From the NCBI GenBank assembly GCA_002699185.1, contig PABG01000083.1, forward strand, positions 696 to 64,695: a DNA stretch of 64,000 bases, in the 5' to 3' direction. The stretch's first letter is position 1. Each line of letters begins with the position of its first letter. Shown here one piece after another: positions 61,101 through 64,000 of the stretch. The translations under genes and the position numbers were made by a program. The DNA comes from Gammaproteobacteria bacterium. GTDB lineage: Bacteria; Pseudomonadota; Gammaproteobacteria; Thiohalobacterales; Thiohalobacteraceae. The notes below the pieces were generated by a model. That model had not been told where the DNA came from. It did not search any database and saw only the letters and a program-made list of their open reading frames with translations.

Positions 61101-61313
61101 CCGGTACGGCTGATCACCCTGATCGAGGCGCCGTTCGAACACGCCCGGCGTGCCGTCGAGGACGTGACCGCCATCAAGCATCTGGTGCGCAACGGCTGGA
61201 TCCGGCTGCTGGTGATCGATCCCGGAACCGCGGCCGTCACCCTTTACGACGACGGCGAGTGGCGTGAGCAGACGCGCCTGACCCAACCCCCCATCCCGGA
61301 GGAGTCGACATGA
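58194..61313 (+). CDS. dabA: DAB pump soluble subunit (DUF2309, beta-carbonic-anhydrase-like Zn site)
   Basis: FIHHNPLHG, FCIDTRSE, GHGSTSENNPY, LDCGACGG, DWSQVRPEWGL; start re-called at MSLSL. Confidence 0.93.
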   Translation: MSLSLGQRLRIRAMTYVAGEPIPFFWPMRAFIHHNPLHGLEHLPFEEAVAQGARLFHCRCQLPRRQYQAYLAAGRIDRDRLQAAVTAFAAGREPIAGIDLQAWLMALLTRIEQPVTATDALAGPAGIAAALAGTRPAPEADIDPTVLAGRLRSTLLGETPVYEAVDALYGTGIGDELDELVIKSCLDFFDEGQSVWGMPLRSRGFFAAWREVASRNVRLFLRGMHIKRILAVDETPEGVIDHVMRTLGVAEQHWSAYFTRELARLHGWAGFIRWRSSARHYHWSQRYPGDLVDLLAVRLTLALALLQERGRRFGVTSAPAVRELIETRTPEAWLRHELHTGRILPDQAQRVEETLALGGARRITAVFGEYVRRQRTREAERQAQSLRLLAGQAGATQALQRLDTGQLEALVRSLREFERREGMLWLRAMEAHAMHRLLSGIQLAPPPPRDKRPFAQALFCIDTRSERIRRHLESVGDYQTFGIAGFFGVPVSFMELGKGSETHLCPVLLTPKNLALEMSVEAPRDLNAVTAMEKALHELKESVLSPFVTVEAIGLLFGFDMIGKTLLPRHYNRWRSQLHEHKPPTHLLIDKLDRDQADSIVRAVQRAVIVKAVEQDFELTAERITDDMVRELREAALGRQPGAPELARTLGLDTAAEQAFIRRLREVYRIDPAFARLQLERLARIGFSLDEQTGFVSQALRSIGLTRDFSRFILLVGHGSTSENNPYESALDCGACGGNHGLVNARVLAQMANKPEVRRRLRARGIDIAEDAWFIPALHNTTTDALELHDLDRLPSSHVVYLDRLRNGLTAASRLCARERLPELQPRRGRQAAQQAPAAAFRETRRNAMDWSQVRPEWGLSRNAYFVIGRRDLTRELALQGRAFLHSYDYRLDPKRRLLENILTGPLVVGQWINMEHYFSTVDNECFGSGSKVYHNVAGRFGVMTGNLSDLRTGLPAQTVLEQGRPYHQPVRLITLIEAPFEHARRAVEDVTAIKHLVRNGWIRLLVIDPGTAAVTLYDDGEWREQTRLTQPPIPEEST

Positions 61314-61663
61314 GAAACCTCAATTTCAGCCCGCTCAAGAAGCTCGAGATCATCCTGGGCGGCGAACACCAGGGCTTTGCCACCGACCTGCTCGACCGCG
61401 CCGGAGTGAAGGGCTACACCATCATCAACAACCTCTCGGGCAAGGGCAATCACGGCTTTCACGAGGGCCACCTGATGTTCAACGAGGACGACGTGCTGAT
61501 CATGATCATCGCCGCCGTGCCCGAGTCCCTGGTCAAGCCCATATTGGAGGGCTTCGCGCCCTTCTACAGTGAGCACTCGGGGGTGGTGTTCATCTCCGAC
61601 ATCCAGGTCACGCGGCTGGTCAAGTTCGGCGGCGGGGAGACTTCGAGTACGCCGCAATCCTGA
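61310..61663 (+). CDS. PII-like (SbtB-type) regulatory protein
   Basis: KKLEII..GVKGYTII..SGKG..GVVFISD PII pattern; ATGA overlap with dabA. Confidence 0.82.
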   Translation: MRNLNFSPLKKLEIILGGEHQGFATDLLDRAGVKGYTIINNLSGKGNHGFHEGHLMFNEDDVLIMIIAAVPESLVKPILEGFAPFYSEHSGVVFISDIQVTRLVKFGGGETSSTPQS

Positions 61664-61742
61664 ACGACGGGAACCTACACTGCGGCGGCGACTGGATCCC
61701 CGCCTGCGCGTGGATGACGGTGGGGATGGGATGCAGAACCCT

Positions 61743-61823
61743 GTAGGTCGGGTTAGCGCTGCGTAAGCCGACACTCACGGCGGGAACGCCGGGTTACGCC
61801 TTCTTCGGGCTAACCCGACCTAC
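61743..61823. repeat. GTAG-family REP doublet (GTAGGTCGGGTTAGC type)
   Basis: Inverted pair as at 25382, between convergent genes. Confidence 0.88.
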
Positions 61824-61833
61824 GATATTTATG

Positions 61834-63174
61834 TCACTCCGGCGCCAGGAACAACGCAATGGATTCCACGTGCGCGGTATGCGGGAACATGTCCATCACC
61901 CCGGCGGCCGCCAGCCGGTAGCCGTACTCGTTGACCAGCAGACCGGCATCGCGCGCCAGCGAGCCGGGATGGCATGAGACATAGACGATGCGCTGCGCGC
62001 CGCGTGCGGCGATCAACGGGATCATCTCCTTCGCGCCGCTGCGCGGTGGATCCAGCAGCACCCGGTCGTAGTCACGCTCCAGCCAGGGCTCGGTGGCCAC
62101 CTCGCCGGCCAGGTCGGCCGTGAAGAACTCCGCATTGTCGATGCCGTTGGCACGCGCATTCTCCCGCGCCCGCGCCACCAGTCCCGCCTCGCCTTCCACC
62201 CCGGTCACCTGGGCGACGCGGCGTGCCAGCGGCAGGGTGAAGTTGCCCAGGCCGCAGAACAGGTCCAGCACCCGGCTGTCCGCCTGCGGCTGCAGCAGTT
62301 CCAGGGCGCGCGCAATCATCCTCTGGTTGATCCGGGGATTGATCTGGGTGAAATCGGTGGGGCGGAACTGCAGGGTCACCCGGTGGTCATCCAGGTCATA
62401 GCTCAGCGTCCGGGCCGCCGCCGCGGACTCGGGCCAGAGCAGCGTTATCGAATCCGGTCCCTTCGGCTGCAGATGGATCTGCATGTCGTATTCCTGCCCG
62501 AAGGCCCTGAGGCTGGCCAGGTCGGACTCGCTGGGCGCCTCCAGTACCCGGAACACCAGGGCGGTGACCCGGTCGCCGACCGCCACCTCGATCTGCGGCA
62601 CCGCGGCCCTGATCGACAGGGACTCGATCAGCAGCGCCAGGTCCCCGAGACGGTAGCCGACATCGGGATGCAGCACCTCGCAATTGTCGATGCGGGCCAC
62701 ATAGGACTTGCGCTTTTCCCGGAAGCCGACCAGCAACTCGCCCTTTTTGCGCACATACTTCACCCCCAGGCGCGCCTTGTGCCGGTAGCCCCAGACCGGG
62801 CCGGTCAGGGGCGGGAGCACCGTTTCCGGCGCCACCCCGCCGATGCGTTTCAGGTTGTCCAGCAGCACCCCCTGCTTGGCCTCGATCTGGGCCTCGGGGT
62901 GCATATGCTGCAGGCTGCAACCGCCACATACACCGGCCGCGCTGCAGCGCGGCAGCACGCGCTCGGGGGCCGGTTCGAGCACGGCTTCGACCCGGCCCTC
63001 GTCATAACTGCGGTGTTTGCCGGTATACACGAAGGTCACCTGCTCGCCCGGCAGGGCGCCGTCGATGAACACGGCCTTGCCGTCCAGGTGCGCGACCCCG
63101 CGGCCGTCGTGGGAGAGCGAATCGATATGCGCCGGAACCGGATCCGGCGGCAGTGACTTTCTGCGCCGCGCCAT
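61834..63174 (-). CDS. rlmD: 23S rRNA m5U1939 methyltransferase
   Basis: TRAM domain, C..CGGC Fe-S motif, LDLFCGLGNF, LDPPRSG, DMFPHTAHVE. Confidence 0.95.
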   Translation of the reverse strand: MARRRKSLPPDPVPAHIDSLSHDGRGVAHLDGKAVFIDGALPGEQVTFVYTGKHRSYDEGRVEAVLEPAPERVLPRCSAAGVCGGCSLQHMHPEAQIEAKQGVLLDNLKRIGGVAPETVLPPLTGPVWGYRHKARLGVKYVRKKGELLVGFREKRKSYVARIDNCEVLHPDVGYRLGDLALLIESLSIRAAVPQIEVAVGDRVTALVFRVLEAPSESDLASLRAFGQEYDMQIHLQPKGPDSITLLWPESAAAARTLSYDLDDHRVTLQFRPTDFTQINPRINQRMIARALELLQPQADSRVLDLFCGLGNFTLPLARRVAQVTGVEGEAGLVARARENARANGIDNAEFFTADLAGEVATEPWLERDYDRVLLDPPRSGAKEMIPLIAARGAQRIVYVSCHPGSLARDAGLLVNEYGYRLAAAGVMDMFPHTAHVESIALFLAPE

Positions 63175-63179
63175 GGACG

Positions 63180-63956
63180 TCAGTCCGCCGGCCAGGCCGC
63201 AAGGAAGGCGCTGAAATGCGGACGGTCGCCGGCATTCAGATACTCACGCAGCCGGCTGAGTTCTGCTTCGTACCCGGGCAGCAGGAGGTGTCCGCGCATC
63301 AGTTCGAACCGCAGCCACACCAGATAGGTGTTGAGTACGTCCGTCTCGCAGTAGTCACGAATGGCGCGCAGCTCACCGGCCTGGAAACGCTCCCAGACCT
63401 GCGCGCCGTCCATGCCCAGCTTGCCGGGAAGGCCGAGCAGGCTGGCAATCTCGCCCAGCGGCGCATTGGCGCGCGGCTGATGGCCGGCCAGCACGTCCAT
63501 CAGATCGGTATGGCGGCTGTGATAGCGGCTGAGGTAGTTGTTCCACTTGAACTCGCGATCCTCCTCGCCGACGTCCCAGTAGCGCGGTGCGACGACACCG
63601 TGCAGCAGAGCCCGGTAATGAAGCACCGGCAGGTCGAAACCGCTGCCGTTCCAGGACACCAGCGTCGGGATGTCGCGCTCGACGCAATCGAAGAAGGCCC
63701 GGATCAACTCGGACTCGGGGCTGTCGGGGGTACCCAGCGACGTGACGTCCAGCGCCTCGCCACTGCGCCGCACTGTCGAGATGGCAACGATACGATGCAG
63801 ATGCAGGCGCAGGAATTCACTACCGCCGGTTTCCTGCGCCCGCAGATGGAACAGGGCCTTGGCGACATCCTCGTCGGCCAGACCGTCCAGTCCGTGCAGC
63901 CGCCGGCCGCCGTCCAGGTCGGGGACGGTTTCGATATCGAACACCAGTATGTTCAT
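63180..63956 (-). CDS. PolB-like 3'-5' exonuclease
   Basis: FDIET (ExoI), WNGSGFDLP (ExoII), YCETD (ExoIII). Confidence 0.9.
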   Translation of the reverse strand: MNILVFDIETVPDLDGGRRLHGLDGLADEDVAKALFHLRAQETGGSEFLRLHLHRIVAISTVRRSGEALDVTSLGTPDSPESELIRAFFDCVERDIPTLVSWNGSGFDLPVLHYRALLHGVVAPRYWDVGEEDREFKWNNYLSRYHSRHTDLMDVLAGHQPRANAPLGEIASLLGLPGKLGMDGAQVWERFQAGELRAIRDYCETDVLNTYLVWLRFELMRGHLLLPGYEAELSRLREYLNAGDRPHFSAFLAAWPAD

Positions 63957-63968
63957 GGAGATAAAACC

Positions 63969-64000
63969 TTAACGCAGAGGCGCAGCGGCGCAGAGAGATT
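63969..64000. repeat. Left arm of an AACGCAGAGGCGC-type palindromic element (truncated by the window edge)
   Basis: ttaacgcagaggcgc identical to 3828-3842. Confidence 0.55.

Overview
A GC-rich chromosomal segment from a chemolithoautotrophic, sulfur-oxidising gammaproteobacterium. The Chromatiales/Thiohalobacter-like placement is inferred from gene content only. A housekeeping backbone (dapA-gcvR-bcp-perM...tusA-bepA...tRNA-Lys-queC-queE-cpoB-pal-tolBARQ-ybgC-ruvBAC-yebC-nudB...rlmD) is interleaved with sulfur, redox and carbon-uptake modules. These are: a probable APS:phosphate adenylyltransferase; an envelope block (LysR, RND pair, two sensor-less MCPs, a periplasmic protein, FadL channels, rhodanese, TusA); soxXYZAB plus a soxH-like gene without soxCD; an OxyR-gpmA-dps module; a YeeE/YedE transporter; and a DAB inorganic-carbon pump with a PII-like gene. 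The best candidate for an undescribed system is a 13-gene minus-strand operon at 30.1-39.6 kb. It has a consensus sigma-54 promoter and a divergent FisR-like PAS/AAA+ activator. It encodes a persulfide-dioxygenase homologue with altered metal ligands, a DUF3365 c-type cytochrome, a small secreted protein, cytochrome bd (cydP-A-B-X-ybgE), a SLAC1/TehA anion channel, an octaheme Otr-type cytochrome, a cytochrome b and a periplasmic rhodanese. Several REP-like palindrome families occur, some nested inside each other. No integrase, transposase, phage gene or CRISPR array was seen. All calls come from reading motifs by eye; no database search was run.
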